A stretch of 64,000 nt of DNA from Chiloscyllium plagiosum (GCF_004010195.1 NC_057718.1:23138773-23202772), one strand, 5' to 3'; counted from the stretch's first letter, positions 49,491-61,589 are shown. Translations and numbers: made by a program. Notes: generated by a model from the letters alone, not told the origin.

Positions 49491-51086
49491 CCCCCTGAAT
49501 ATATCGCTCTGCAATTTCACCAGGCCTGCAGATTGAGCATTCCAGAATGCAGACTCTCAGAAATGGAACAGAAATGGGCCATAATGGTCCGCAGGTCTGT
49601 TCCACTATTTGAACATGGATGTTTTTTTTAACTCCTCCACTTTCACCTCCATTTCTCTGTCCATTCCCCAGGCTCCTTGATTCCTTGAGAGCCCTAAAAT
49701 CAATTGATCTTCATCTTGAATGTAATCATCATCTGAGCATCCACAAATTTCTGCAGCAAGCAATTCTGAGTGAGAAAAACTCTTAACTCAGTTCTAAATA
49801 GTTAACCCTCTATCCTAAGGCTCTGAACCTGATTACTGAGATATAAGAAAGGGATGATCACCTTATTGGGATTGTATTATAGACCTCCCAATAGTCAGAG
49901 GGAAATTGAGAAACAAACTTGTAAGGAGATCTCAGCTAACTGTAAGAATAAAAGGGTGGTTATGGTAGGAGATTTTAACATTCCAAACATAGACTGACTG
50001 CCATAGTGTTAAGGGTTTAGATGGAGAGGAATTTGTTAAATGTGTAACAAGACAATTTTCTGATTCAGTACGTGGATGTAACTACTAGAGAAGGTGCAAA
50101 ACTTGACCTACTCTTGCGAAATAAGGCAGGGTAGATGACTGAGGTGTCAGTGGGGGAGCACTTTGGGGCCAGTGACCATAATTCTATTAGATTTAAAATA
50201 GTGATGGAAAAGGATGGACCAGATCTAAAAGTTGAAGTTCTAAATTGGAGAAAGGCCAATTTTGACAGTATTAGGCAAGAACTTTCGAAAGCTGATTGGA
50301 AGCAGATGTTCGCAGGGACGGCTGGAAAATGGGAAACCATCAGAAATGAGATAACGAGAATCCAGAGAAAGTATATTCATGCTAGGGTGAAAGGAAAAGC
50401 TGTTAGGTACAGGGAATGCTGGATGACTAAAGAAACTGAGTGTTTAGTTAAGAAAAAGAAGGAAGCATATGTAAGGTATAGACAGGATAGATCAAGTGAA
50501 TCCTTAGAAGAGTATAAAGGAAGTAGGAGTATACTTAAGAGGGAAATCAGGAGGGCAAAAAGGGATAAAGGTAGATAAATCCCCAGGACCTGATCAGGTG
50601 TACCCGAGAACTCTGTGGGAAGCTAGAGAAGTGATTGCTGGGCCTCTTGCTGAGATATTTGTATAATTATTAGTCACAAGTGAGGTGCTGGAAGACTGGA
50701 GGTTGGCAAACATGGTGCCACTGTTTAAGAAGGGCGGTAAAGACAAGCCAGGGAACGATAGACCGGTGAGCCTGACCTCAGTGGTGGGCAAGTTGTTGGA
50801 TGGGATCCTGAGGGACAGGATGTACATGTATTTGGAAAGGCAAGGATAGTCAACATGGCTTTGTGCATGGGAAATCATGTCTCACAAACATGATTGAGTT
50901 TTTTGAAGAAGTAACAAAGAAGATTGATGAGGGCAGAGCAGTAGATGTGATCTATATGGACTTCAGTAAGGCATTCGACAAGGTTCCCCATGGGAGACTG
51001 ATTAGCAAGGTTAGATCTCATGGAATACAGGGAGAACTAGCCATTTGGATACAGAACTGGCTCAAAGGTAGAAGACAGAGGGTGGT

Positions 51087-51571
51087 NNNNNNNNNNNNNN
51101 NNNNNNNNNNNNNNNNNNNNNNNNNNNNNNNNNNNNNNNNNNNNNNNNNNNNNNNNNNNNNNNNNNNNNNNNNNNNNNNNNNNNNNNNNNNNNNNNNNNN
51201 NNNNNNNNNNNNNNNNNNNNNNNNNNNNNNNNNNNNNNNNNNNNNNNNNNNNNNNNNNNNNNNNNNNNNNNNNNNNNNNNNNNNNNNNNNNNNNNNNNNN
51301 NNNNNNNNNNNNNNNNNNNNNNNNNNNNNNNNNNNNNNNNNNNNNNNNNNNNNNNNNNNNNNNNNNNNNNNNNNNNNNNNNNNNNNNNNNNNNNNNNNNN
51401 NNNNNNNNNNNNNNNNNNNNNNNNNNNNNNNNNNNNNNNNNNNNNNNNNNNNNNNNNNNNNNNNNNNNNNNNNNNNNNNNNNNNNNNNNNNNNNNNNNNN
51501 NNNNNNNNNNNNNNNNNNNNNNNNNNNNNNNNNNNNNNNNNNNNNNNNNNNNNNNNNNNNNNNNNNNNNNN
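51087..51571. other. Assembly gap (485 N)
   Basis: Run of N. Confidence 1.
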
Positions 51572-52136
51572 TACAGTTAGTAAGTTTTCAGATGACACCA
51601 AAATTGGAGGTGTAGTGGACAGTGAAGAAGGTTACCTCAGATTTCAACAGGATCTGGACCAGATGGGCCAATGGGCTGAGAAGTGGCAGATGGAGTTTAA
51701 TTCAGACAAATGCGAGGTGCTGCATTTTGGGAAAGCAAATCTTAGCAGGACTTAATGGTAAGGTCCTAGAGAGTGTTGCTGAACAAAGTGCAGATTCAAA
51801 GCTCCTTGAAAGTGGAGTCACAGGTAGATAGGATAGTGAAGAAGGCGTTTGGTTTGGTTTCCTTTATTGGTCAGAGTATTGAGTACAAGAGTTGGAAAGT
51901 CATGTTGCAGCTGTACAGGACATTGGTTCGGCCACTGTTGGAATATTGCATGCAATTCTGGTCTCCTTCCTATTAGAAAGATGTTGTGAAACTTGAAAGG
52001 GTTCAGAAAAGATTTACAAGGATGTTGCCAGAGTTGGAAGATTTGAGCTACAGGGAGAGGTTGAACAGGCTGGGGCTGTTTTCCCTGGAAAGTCGGAGGC
52101 TGAGCAGTGAACTTATAGAGGTTTACAAAATTATGA

Positions 52137-52321
52137 TTAGGAGATGCCGGTGTTGGACTGGGGTGTACACAGTTAAAAATCACACAACACCAGTTTATAG
52201 TCCAACAGGTTTAATTGGAAGCACACTCGCTTTCAGAGCACCGCTCCTTCATCAGGTGATTGTGATCACTTGATGACAACCTGTTGGACTATAACCTGGT
52301 GTTGTGTGATTTTTAACTTTG
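52137..52321. mobile_element. Fold-back PLE pLTR (family D) nested in HER1, 13-bp TSD
   Basis: Arms GTTAAAAATCACACAACACCAG..TAGTCCAACAGGTT / AACCTGTTGGACTA..GTGTGATTTTTAAC. Minus-strand HHR CACCTGATGAAGGAGCGGTGCTCTGAAAGC. TSD TACAAAA(T/C)TATGA at 52124-52136 and 52322-52334. Confidence 0.85.
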
Positions 52322-53129
52322 TACAAAACTATGAGGGGCATGAATAAGGTAAATAGGCAAAGCCTTTTCCCGGGGGTCAGGGAGTCCAGAACTAGAGGGC
52401 ATAGGTTTAGGGTGAGAGGGGAACTATATAAAAGAGACATACGGGGCAAACGTTTCACACAGAGGGTGGTACGTGTATGGAATGAGCTGCCAGAGGAAGT
52501 GGTGGAGGCTTGTATAATTGCAACATTTAAGAAACATTTGGATGGGTATATGAATAGGAAGGATTTGGAGGGATATGGGCTGGGTGCTGGCAAGTGGGAC
52601 TAGATTGGTTTGGGATATCTCGTCAGCATGAACGGGTTGGACCGAAGGGTCTGTTTCCATGCTGTACATCTCTATGACTCTATGACTCTATGACTAGACA
52701 CTCCAGCAAGGGAAAACAGCTTCTTAGAATCCATCCTGTAAAGGTTTCATCCATTCAAATGAGATCTCCGACCATTATTCCAAGTTCAAGACCACATCTC
52801 GTCAATCGAATCAGTGAAAATTAGCCCAGGAGGTTAAAGTGATGGTATCCTCAGGATTTAGATTCGGGTCACTAGGGAGTAAAGTGAGTTGTGTTGGTTG
52901 AAGTCCAATCTCGTCCCAATTTTGGCAGATTGGCACTAAAGGTAAACGATGTTTCCACTTTGATCTCTAAATGTAAATGTTGAATATTTCTAGATTACAG
53001 TGAGAAAATTAAGCTTGAACATGCAACTGTTGGAAATTTCTTATGTTGAGGATAATTCTTTCTTGTTAATGGCAGGGTTGAAGAGAGATGACATTGTTGG
53101 CTATGGTGTCACTGCTGCCTGGGTCTTCG

Positions 53130-53180
53130 TTGGATGCTGCCTGATCTGCTGTGCTCTTCCAGCACCACTGATCCAGAATT
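53130..53180 (+). mobile_element. PLE pLTR (family A variant) fragment
   Basis: GGATGCTGCCTGATCTGCTGTGCTCTTCCAGCACCACTGATCCAGAAT, near-identical to 61999-62046. Confidence 0.7.
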
Positions 53181-54044
53181 TTAGTCTTACGAGTTCTCCC
53201 ATAGTGAGGACTTTAAGTGTCCCTCACTAAAGTTGCTATTTTAAACAGCTGCCACTCTTTGTCTCCCTTACAACTCTCTCTCAATGTTGTTGAAAAGGTC
53301 TCAGCACCATTTTTGGTGTCTGTGGTGTGATCTTTTGTCCTCCCACTTGATTTACAAGATCCTTTCAAGACAGAGTTGACGATGTTCTAAGATTTGATAT
53401 GATGTCAGTAAATTGTCCAAATTTCAATGTGGTACAGGAATGTAGAGAGAACCATTGCCTAATAGACTTTGAGTCTGTGAAAGTGCCAGAATTTTACACA
53501 TTCGCCCTCAGCTCAGAGGCTACTATCAAGTTGTGCATAATTCCTTACATTTTTTTGTGTTTAATGATTACATTTTAAGTGCACTGAGCTAAAGTTCCCA
53601 ATTCATTAGGAATAATTTACATTTATTGCATAATAAAGTATGCCAAGGCACTTCACAGGAACCTTATAAGACAAAAGTTTCAACTGAGCCAGTTGAGGAG
53701 ACATTAGGATGGCAATCATAAGTTTGATCATCGAGATACAGTTTAAGAAACAAGTTAAAGTAGAAGATAATGTGAGAGAGGAGCCTGCATTATGAACTCA
53801 TTGTAATGCTCAATCATTTCAAAACTATTTTTAATTAAAGTTCAACAGCTCAGATATTTTATTGAAAGTTTTCAGTATGATTTGTTTTCTTTTGGAATGT
53901 AAGCTATTCATTATCTCTGTGGTATGGAGGAGGAATAAAATGAAGGGAATAATATGATTGCACAATGTGATAGGCTTGATATATTTATTGGTGCATCTTA
54001 TTGGTACAATTGCCCTGATAGAAATCTGTCACTCTGAGATGACT

Positions 54045-54275
54045 GTGGATTGAAGAAGAGTTCTTCCTTGAGCCCTGACCAACATTTCTCACCCAACTGA
54101 TATCACCCGACAGATCATTATCACGTTGTTGTTTGTAGGATCGTCCTGTGTGTAAATTGATGAGTACCTTTTCTGCTTTGCAACAGTGACTATGCTGGAG
54201 AAGGTACATTGGCTGAAAAGCACATTGATATGTCCCGAGCTTGTGAAAGAAACTAGAAATGCAAGACTTCCTCTT
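54045..54275 (+). mobile_element. Deu-domain SINE (SacSINE1-like) 3' part
   Basis: GAAGAAGAG..CAGATCATTATCACGTTGTTGTTTGTAGGA..CAACAGTGACTA..CATTGGCTG..GTGAAAG..TAGAAATGCAAG. Confidence 0.65.
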
Positions 54276-54502
54276 TGTGTTTTTACATATTGCAGTTCAG
54301 ATCACCGATACCAGCTATGTCTTCGACCCCTCTTCAGATCTAACACTTTAGATGAGCCAGTATTGAGTTTTGTAAAACTGGACAACTTTGGTAACATTGG
54401 TACTTGTTCAGATAAAGGTATTTCTCCACATGTAGGAAATATGTTATAATAATCTGCTACAAAGGCCTTAATCGCTGGATAACCGATGCTATGCATGATG
54501 TC

Positions 54503-54710
54503 ATGTGCCGGTGCTCAACTGGGGTGTACAAACTTAAGAATCATGCAACACCAGGTTATAGTCCAATAGGTTTATTTGAAAGTGCAAGCTTTTGGAGTGC
54601 TGCTCTTTTGTCAGGTAGCTAGCCGCCTAATGAAGGAGCAGCACTCCGAAAGCTTGTACTTTCAAATAAACCTGTTGGATTATAACTTAGTGTTGTGTGA
54701 CTTTTAACCT
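54503..54710. mobile_element. Fold-back PLE pLTR (family D)
   Basis: Homologous to 52137-52321. Plus-strand HHR CCTAATGAAGGAGCAGCACTCCGAAAGCTTG lies inside inverted arms. Confidence 0.82.
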
Positions 54711-55544
54711 TCACTGTTATGTTGAAGAACAAAACTTTGTTTACTGTTGGTAAAAAGAGATCTTTATGTTAAATCTGATGACATTCTTTTGAAGAGTAAG
54801 GAGTCCATTACAAATCTTTTTGCCGAAGTGTTGTGATTGATTGTATCTTTAACAATTATTTGGGGTGTTTTTATTGTTTCATTATAAACAAATGAAACAG
54901 TTGCTTTTGACAGTTAACCGTTGCTTGCTATGGTGTTACCTGTCACCTCAAAGTGTGGTTAAAAAGCAAAACATCTACATTGAATTCAGTAAACAGGTTA
55001 AATCAAGTGGAGTAATTGTTAATTCTTTGAGTCCATGTTTCCACAAGGAGTGTTGTTGCAATGTCAGACCAACTCTGCTCTCATTACGTTGGGCTCATTT
55101 AGCTGTCTCCATAATGGAAGTGCTGGCTATAATCCAACACGAAGGCTTTTGACGAACGTTACGCCCCAGTATGCTGCAGCTATGTTATTATCAATTCAGT
55201 ATGAGGGTTATTCAGTGTCACAGTGTGGTTGGCTATGAATTAATCTCCCCATCTATTCCCATTCCTCAGACAGCAGGTTTCTGAACATGGGCTGCAGTAG
55301 AGATGGAAAAGAGTGACAAGCAGAAATTTCAAGCAAAAAGCAAGGAATCCAAGACATAACCAATCGGGGTACTTGTGCACATCTCTTTGTGCATATTTTG
55401 TAGACTCAGTGTTAGTTTCTATGCTGATGAATTGTACCTTACAGCCATTATTTCATATCAGTACTTTCAAATCAAGGGTAAGTTTCATTGGTGCATTCAG
55501 GATAAAAAAAATTCTTCAACTGCGGGTTTTAAAATATTGAGGAC

Positions 55545-56250
55545 AGCTCTCATGTATTCCCTTACATACTGAAGGTTAAGATGTGACCTGATTGAAGAGC
55601 TTAAGCTGATTAAAGGAATTGATAGAATCGGTGGAGAAAAGTTATTTCCTGTGTTAGAAGAGACCAGACAAGGGGCCAATATTTTAAAGATAGAGAGAGG
55701 CCAGTCAAAAATGGTGTCAGGCAACATTTCTTCAAACAGTGAGTAGAAAAAAGACTGTAAATCGTCCCTTCCCCCATCACACCTCCAGCCGTAAAAACTG
55801 TGTGAGGGTTCATTTGATATTCATATAATCATAGAATCCCTACAGTGCAGAAAGCAGCCATTCAGCCCATCGAGTCTGCAGCAACCCTCCGAACAGCATC
55901 CCACCTAGACCAAACCCCACCACCCTATCCCCATAACACTGTATTTACCATGGCTAACCCACCTAGCCTGCAAATCATTGGACTCTATGGGCCATATTTA
56001 GCAAAGGCAATCCACCGAGCCTGCACATCTTTGGACTGTGGGAGGAAACTGGAGCACCCGACAAAAAGCCACACTGACGGGAAAGCATACAAGGAGGTTG
56101 AGGTCAACTAAATGTTTCAAAACTAAGATTTACAGATTTTTGCTAGACAGTGGATCCGAGGTTGTGTAGATGGGATTAAAGTATGGATCAATCATGATCT
56201 AACAGTGTAGGAGCATGGGCACAGTCTGAATGACCTTCTCCCGTTCCTAT
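55545..56250 (+). mobile_element. Old CR1 3' fragment interrupted by HE1
   Basis: AGGTTAAGATGTGACCTGATTGAAG..GAGACCAGACAAGGGG. Resumes at about 56090. Confidence 0.6.
55828..56085 (-). mobile_element. HE1-type V-SINE, 5'-truncated
   Basis: CATAGAATCCCTACAGTGCAG..CCTGCACATCTTTGGACTGTGGGAGGAAACTGGAGCACCCG. Confidence 0.82.
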
Positions 56251-57061
56251 GAGTCAATATTACAGTCGTCAGTGTGGGTTGGCAGGTCAGCTGCTGTAAA
56301 GTTGATTGCCATTATCCTCCTGCTGTTCCTGGAACCCATCTACTCAGAATGCTGCAGTTTTATAAGTGTCAGGAGACCTGCCTGCCTGTAGAACAATCAA
56401 GGCCTTTAATGTCATGTTTCAATGGGCCAGTTGGTGTCTGATCAAGTGGGAGGATTGATGTCTCCTTTACAGGCCCCCTTGGACTCATTGACACTCCCTT
56501 CCGAGGTCTTCCTATCCCCATGTTTCTCTTCCTTCTGCCCTATTCATTCTTACCCCCCACCTATCATGAGGATCTGCCAGACTGGCCCTGGTGAAGGTCT
56601 GAATGTACCTGCAAATCCAACTCCATCACAACATGCTGCCCTCTTCAACTGCTGTAATCCCTGTGGTGGCCACCATTTCCAGCGGCACTGCTGAGTCAGG
56701 ACCACTTGTTGTTTGATTGGCTGTCAGCTCTTGGAAGCAGAATGTCCTCCTTGATGTGGGTGAAAGGCCACCTCCAACCCAATTAATTAATTGACAATGT
56801 AATTGACTATCCTTCATTTCCAGAAGAGGGTTTAGTTGCAATATTTGTTAATCTCTGTCCATGTAGGAAACTGAGACAGGGATTTTGCAGGTAAAAATCT
56901 AATTGAGATGATTAAGTGACATTCTGAACTCATAGATCACCGACAATTGAATTGTCTGCATTTGTAGAGAATAACTTGTTTATTATGGTCCATTCTTCTG
57001 ATGTCTTAATATTAAAGTAGAATACCAAGGTTAATGTAATTGAGCAGTTATGTTATTCATA

Positions 57062-57332
57062 TTTAGATTAGATTGCTTACAGTGTGAAAACAGGCCCTTC
57101 GGCCCAACAAGTCCACACCGACCCACTACCCACTCCCCTAACACTATGGGCAATTTAGCATGGCCAGTTCACCTAACCTGCACATTTTTGGACTGTGGGA
57201 GGAAACCAGAGCACCCGGAGGAAACCCACGCAGACACAGGGAGAATGTGCAAACTCCACACAGTCAGTTGCCTGAAGTGGGAATTGAACCCGGGTCTCTG
57301 GCGCTGTGAGGCAACAGTGCTAACCACTGTGC
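57062..57332 (-). mobile_element. Young HE1 V-SINE
   Basis: TTAGATTAGATTGCTTACAGTGTG..GAGCACCCGGAGGAAACCCACGCAGACAC..GTGCTAACCACTGTGC. Confidence 0.9.
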
Positions 57333-57379
57333 TGAACTTGAGAATACAAATTGATCAAACATTAAAGGCATGAGCAATG

Positions 57380-58760
57380 TTTACAGCAGTCCTTAAATTA
57401 ATAGTCAGGTTCTAAGGAATTGCGGCAATGTTTAAATATTTAATAATTAACTTGTCTCTGTTGCAATATCAATGGTTGCTTGCATTTGCATCCATAACAA
57501 GGCAGAAAGCTACAAATCATGATCTGCAGGCACAAGAAGACATTAGGGAGACAAATGCCATGTTGGTCTTCATAGCAAGGGAATTGGAGTACTGGAACAC
57601 AAATGTTTTGCAACAATTGCACAGTGTTTTAGTGAAATCATATCCGGAATATACTGGACAGTTTTGGTCTCCATTTTTGAAGAAGGAAATGCTTACATTG
57701 GAGGCAATGCAGTGAAGGTTCACTCAATTAACCCTTGGGATGAAGGTGTTATCTTATGATAAAAAGTTGAGTAAATTTGACCAATATCTCTGGTGTTGAC
57801 AAAAAGTACAAGTAATCCCCTAATGCTCAGAAGCTTCTGAATTGTCCTGAAAGTGTTCCAATTGTCCCTGAGCAACACTCTTTGATTTTCTGTGCTATCA
57901 GGATGGGATAGCCCAAATTGTCAAGCTCCCAGGTGAGCAGGGTTGCATTGGTACCCCCTGTTATTCATCTGCCATCTTGGTTGATTGATAAGTGGAAAGT
58001 TCATTGACTGTGACTTTCACAGCACATTAGTGCTCAAACCCAGTCTCTTAAACATACACATCTCAGCCCAATGCCACATGTGAGTATTCCAATCCAGTAG
58101 CACTCTGAGACCAGAGTCAAAACTTGCTTTAGATCCCTGTCCTTTACAATTCCTGAGGAGAGAAAACATGTCTCACACCCAGACTGCTATCTTTTCTGCC
58201 ACCACATTCACAACCAGATGTACTCACAGAGATTGCAGCTCAATTTGTAACCAGTTGTCCTTTAGAGATTTCCTTCACACTTTCAGAGGTGACTATCCAT
58301 GGTTCCTCTGCACTCAGCCACTGAACTTATATTCACAGTCATCTTTTGGCTATATCTCTTCATAAGAAAAAAAACATATGCTCCATTGCAAAGTTTAATA
58401 TGTCCATAGGGGATGTGGGGTGATGCTGTATGGTCATGACAATAGGGAGGATACTGAGAGATTGTTTTCACCAGTCAGAGAAGTTAAAACATAGGGACAC
58501 AATCTTAACATAAAGATCAGACCATTTTGAACTGAGCTGAAGTGAAGCTACTTCACTCAAAGAGTTTGAATCTTCCTATGGAGGTGGAGATGCTATATTG
58601 TTGAATATGATTAAACTGAGGGTAGGTAGATATTTCTCAGAGGATCAAGTGATAATGTGGAGTGGATGTGAATGTGGAGTTGAATCCCAATATTAGCCAT
58701 GATTGTATTCAATAGTGGATTAGGTTTAAAGGGTCATCTGGCCTAATCCTGTTCCGTTTC
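57380..58760 (+). mobile_element. Old CR1 3' portion interrupted (~57795-58370) by unclassified sequence
   Basis: ETNAMLVFIARELEY..LQQLHSVLVKSYPEYTGQFWSPFLKK. Resumes at about 58370. Confidence 0.65.
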
Positions 58761-59194
58761 TTCTTTTGTCCTCCTAGTTTGAATACATGACTTTGTCAAA
58801 TTCTTTAATTGATTCCTCTGAGATAAGGAACATATTTTCTTCTTTTCAAACCTTGTCCAGACTCACTACTTCTTAAAAGTGCTGGAAAATAAAATGCCTA
58901 ATAACTAGATGAGTAAATAGGTAACTAGTAAAGTAGATGTTACTATGCGCCATCTTTGGGTCATGTAAATTGCTAGCTTCTACTGAGGTCTTTTTCATGA
59001 CAGTTTTCTAGTGTTGCCTTCATTCCCCATTTTATTCAATTTGTTCTTTCACATCCTTCAGTTCTTTTTTGGAATGTGCCCAGATTTATAACGGCAACAT
59101 CTTCAAATATTTCAGCCTCGACTAAGACATACTGGAGTTACAACAGTTTTATGTCCTAATTAAAAACTCAAATGAATCATTTTGTAATACAGAA

Positions 59195-59925
59195 CTTGCA
59201 GTCCTGTGATATCAGGATTCTTTGCAAGATATATCAAATATAAAGGGAAAACAACATTGTATATTGTTTAAAAAGAGAATGCTGATTGGTTGACAAGTAG
59301 ACTCTGATTGATAGGGGCAGTGCCATGAAGCATGCATCAGTTACTCGATGACTGACAGTTAACTTACAAGCTTTGGTTTTGAGCCAGGCAGGTTAATTCT
59401 GATTGATCTTGCCATTGCCCTAGAAAATTAATTAGAGTTATGCTGTCACCTACTGGAGAAGCATCACTGGACCTGAAACATTAATTCTGTTTTCTTTCCA
59501 CAGATGCTGCCAGACCTGCTGAGTTTCTGCAGCACTTTTTGTTTTTGGGTGTTTCCTATCTCCATCGTCCATAGTTCTCTATTTTATTTTTATGTCACCT
59601 ACATTATTGAGGAGAAACAGGAGCCGCACAGGGACCTGTGTATTAATATGTGTAGCTCTCTGTATGTAGGTGTGCCAAATCAACTGTTCTAAATTGGTTA
59701 GCAGTGAAATTCCTCATACATTCGAGATTATTTCTCAAACACTGTCCATTTGGTGAACCATACATATTGTTGGACACTGTGTTTTGAGCTCTACCAGCTC
59801 AGACTGGTTGGGCACAGTCAGTAGCTTCCCTGTTATGAATAGCTGAATGTATGATGTTTGATATGACCAGCCAGCTTTTGGGATCTACAGCTACATACAA
59901 ACCATTGCTGAAATCCACACACCGC
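59195..59925 (-). mobile_element. Old PLE (family C) with decayed GIY-YIG and 3' region
   Basis: Homologous to 4341-4720. Minus strand near 59830-59920 gives frameshifted FQ..YV..SQKLAGHIKHH, like the PLE endonuclease motif YVGxTxQxLxxRIxQH. Confidence 0.55.
59454..59592 (+). mobile_element. PLE pLTR (family B) nested in the family C PLE, 10-bp TSD
   Basis: GAAGCATCACTGGACCTGAAACATTAA..CCACAGATGCTGCCAGACCTGCTGAG. TSD TGTCACCTAC at 59444-59453 and 59593-59602. Confidence 0.75.
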
Positions 59926-60006
59926 AGTCGGCGTTTGTGAGATACATCAATTTTGGCTTGACATTATCATCCTGTTAGAGAGGACACGGTGGTGATGGTG
60001 GTGGGG

Positions 60007-60144
60007 ATGTATTTCATTCAGTTAATCGAATTCCCGACAATCGAATGCCAGATAACATAGTTTAGCCAAGTATCGGGACCTTGCGATCTCACCAGATAAT
60101 CCAATATTGTGATAATCGAATGCCGGATAATTGAGGTTCCTCTG
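60007..60144 (-). mobile_element. Tigger/pogo-like MITE, one TIR retained
   Basis: Ends GGATAATTGAGGTTCCTCTG-TA with internal GATAATCGAATGCC repeats. Matches 2226-2318. Confidence 0.72.
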
Positions 60145-61589
60145 TATGTTACCAAATACCAGCTGTTAGCTCCACTTGTTGTTTCAGTCTTTGAGATGCC
60201 TTACCCATCCAGGGTAATCAAAGGGTCGACTGGGCACCAAATGTATTATCACCCTGATCAATTTAGCCTCCATTACTTTTTCCAATTATTATCATGACTG
60301 TATGCTATCTGGGAAAATGGGTGAAAATAAAAAAGTAAATACAACATTATTCCATTCCTGTTGTTAACCAATTCAGTTCAAATTCACTGCTATGACCAAA
60401 ACAAATGAATTTGATGATAGCTGGCTGTTGAATATCATCAAGTGGAATCTGTGCCATTCAGTGCTGGACAATTTGTTTTCACAGATGCTCCTGACGTCAA
60501 TTGGCCAAGTGCCAGGAACAGTTGAATCTGCCCATGTTGCCCACCAGCATGTGTCTTTGTTCAACGTGCGAAATCGGTGCAGGTCAATTGAATTTCTGAG
60601 ACTTCCAACATTACAGGATTTAAGCGTTAATCCTTTATTTTAAACATGTCTGTTGTGCTGTATAAAATGATCTGCACCCTGACATTTAGGAGTGCTTGAA
60701 TAGTTGCCTGAAGGCGGCAATAACCATTAAGGCACATTTTATTTGTGCATTAAAGACCTGTGAATTTCAGTCCATTATTGCGCTCAATAAATTCTTGTTT
60801 CTTCCATCAAAATATCAGAAGCCTTGTTAACTGCACTGTATTGAGTTGCACTTTGCTCATATACCTCCTTCCTATCAAATACAGTACTTAAGCAACATTG
60901 ATGTGGCACAGCAGACCTGCAATTTGCTCAATGACTTTTGTGCTACTTTAGACTCAACCAGGGTGATAACAAAGTTTGAGAAAATGGATGATGCGCACTG
61001 GAAGGAAAAATGTCGGATAGAGACATGCTCCTTCTGTCTTGGTTAGATGTGAGCCATTTTTTTACTGTAGGCAGCGAGATGTTTAGCCTCCACGGTGACA
61101 ATGTCATCAAATAGCTTTCTCTGTTTCCTCAGCTCTGTGAGTAATTTTAATGCTGATGAGGACGTGGAAGTGGGTGTTGGGTAAAACTTGTTTAACTGAG
61201 AAAAATTCTGGGCACGGTTGGAAGCCACAGACTCCTATTTTGCTGAGATTGGAATCTCAGTCAACCAATTCCCAGGAGGTGGGGGGTGGGGGGGCAAGTT
61301 TTTCAATAGGTTAATGAGGCTGGAAAGCTTGGAGCTTGACCCACTTGCTCTGTTGGGTTTCCTGGACCAGGGAGGATAACTCCAGAAAGAGGTTAAATAT
61401 CATCACGGAATTAAGCCCCAGCACTCCGAAACTTCTTTATCCTTATTAGGCTGTCATCAGTTACTATAACTCCACTTGGGATAGCATCAACTGAGGTCAG
61501 AGTTAGACTTCCACCCCATTTTGAGGGGACAGAGAAGCAATTGAAAAAGACGTCAGCTGTACTCCTCCTGTCTCCAAGATCAGGCAAAT

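Larger units (their letters stand above)
49835..52695 (+). mobile_element. HER1/CR1 LINE ORF2, 5'-truncated, with an internal deletion (~50565), an assembly gap and a nested PLE
   Basis: Highly similar to 29490-32040. GASDHNSIRF, DFSKAFDKVPH and LSYRERLNRLGLFSLE. (ACTCTATG)n tail. Confidence 0.95.
49560..52800 (-). mobile_element. Old CR1 3' fragment (49560-49834 and 52696-52800) split by a HER1 insertion
   Basis: CTAAGGCTCTGAACCTGATT|...|CTAGACACTCCAGCAAGGGAAAACAGC is colinear with other minus-strand CR1 tails. Confidence 0.55.

Noticed and set aside
50863..51615. 250-aa and 179-aa ORFs
   Set aside because: They are inflated by the N gap. The real part is a LINE RT fragment.
34550..56800. 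Decayed GC-richer patches with CAATTAA/TTAATTG motifs (about 34550-34920, 37920-38250, 56260-56800; also 22950-24080)
   Set aside because: Probably an old dispersed repeat family, but I could not establish boundaries or class.
5230..57373. Recurrent ORFs containing GRKPEHPEETHADTGRMCKLHT or VWSLHILPVSAWVSSG
   Set aside because: These are translations of HE1 SINE copies on either strand, not proteins.
2423..59692. Recurrent ORFs containing MLPDLLCFSS, LLLGCCLTCC or IPDEGLMPK
   Set aside because: These are translations of non-coding PLE pLTR sequence.
60884..61140. Two-exon model (YLSNIDVAQQ..CSFCL / SEMFSLHGDNVIK)
   Set aside because: Weak donor, an implied intron of only about 30 nt and no recognisable protein.
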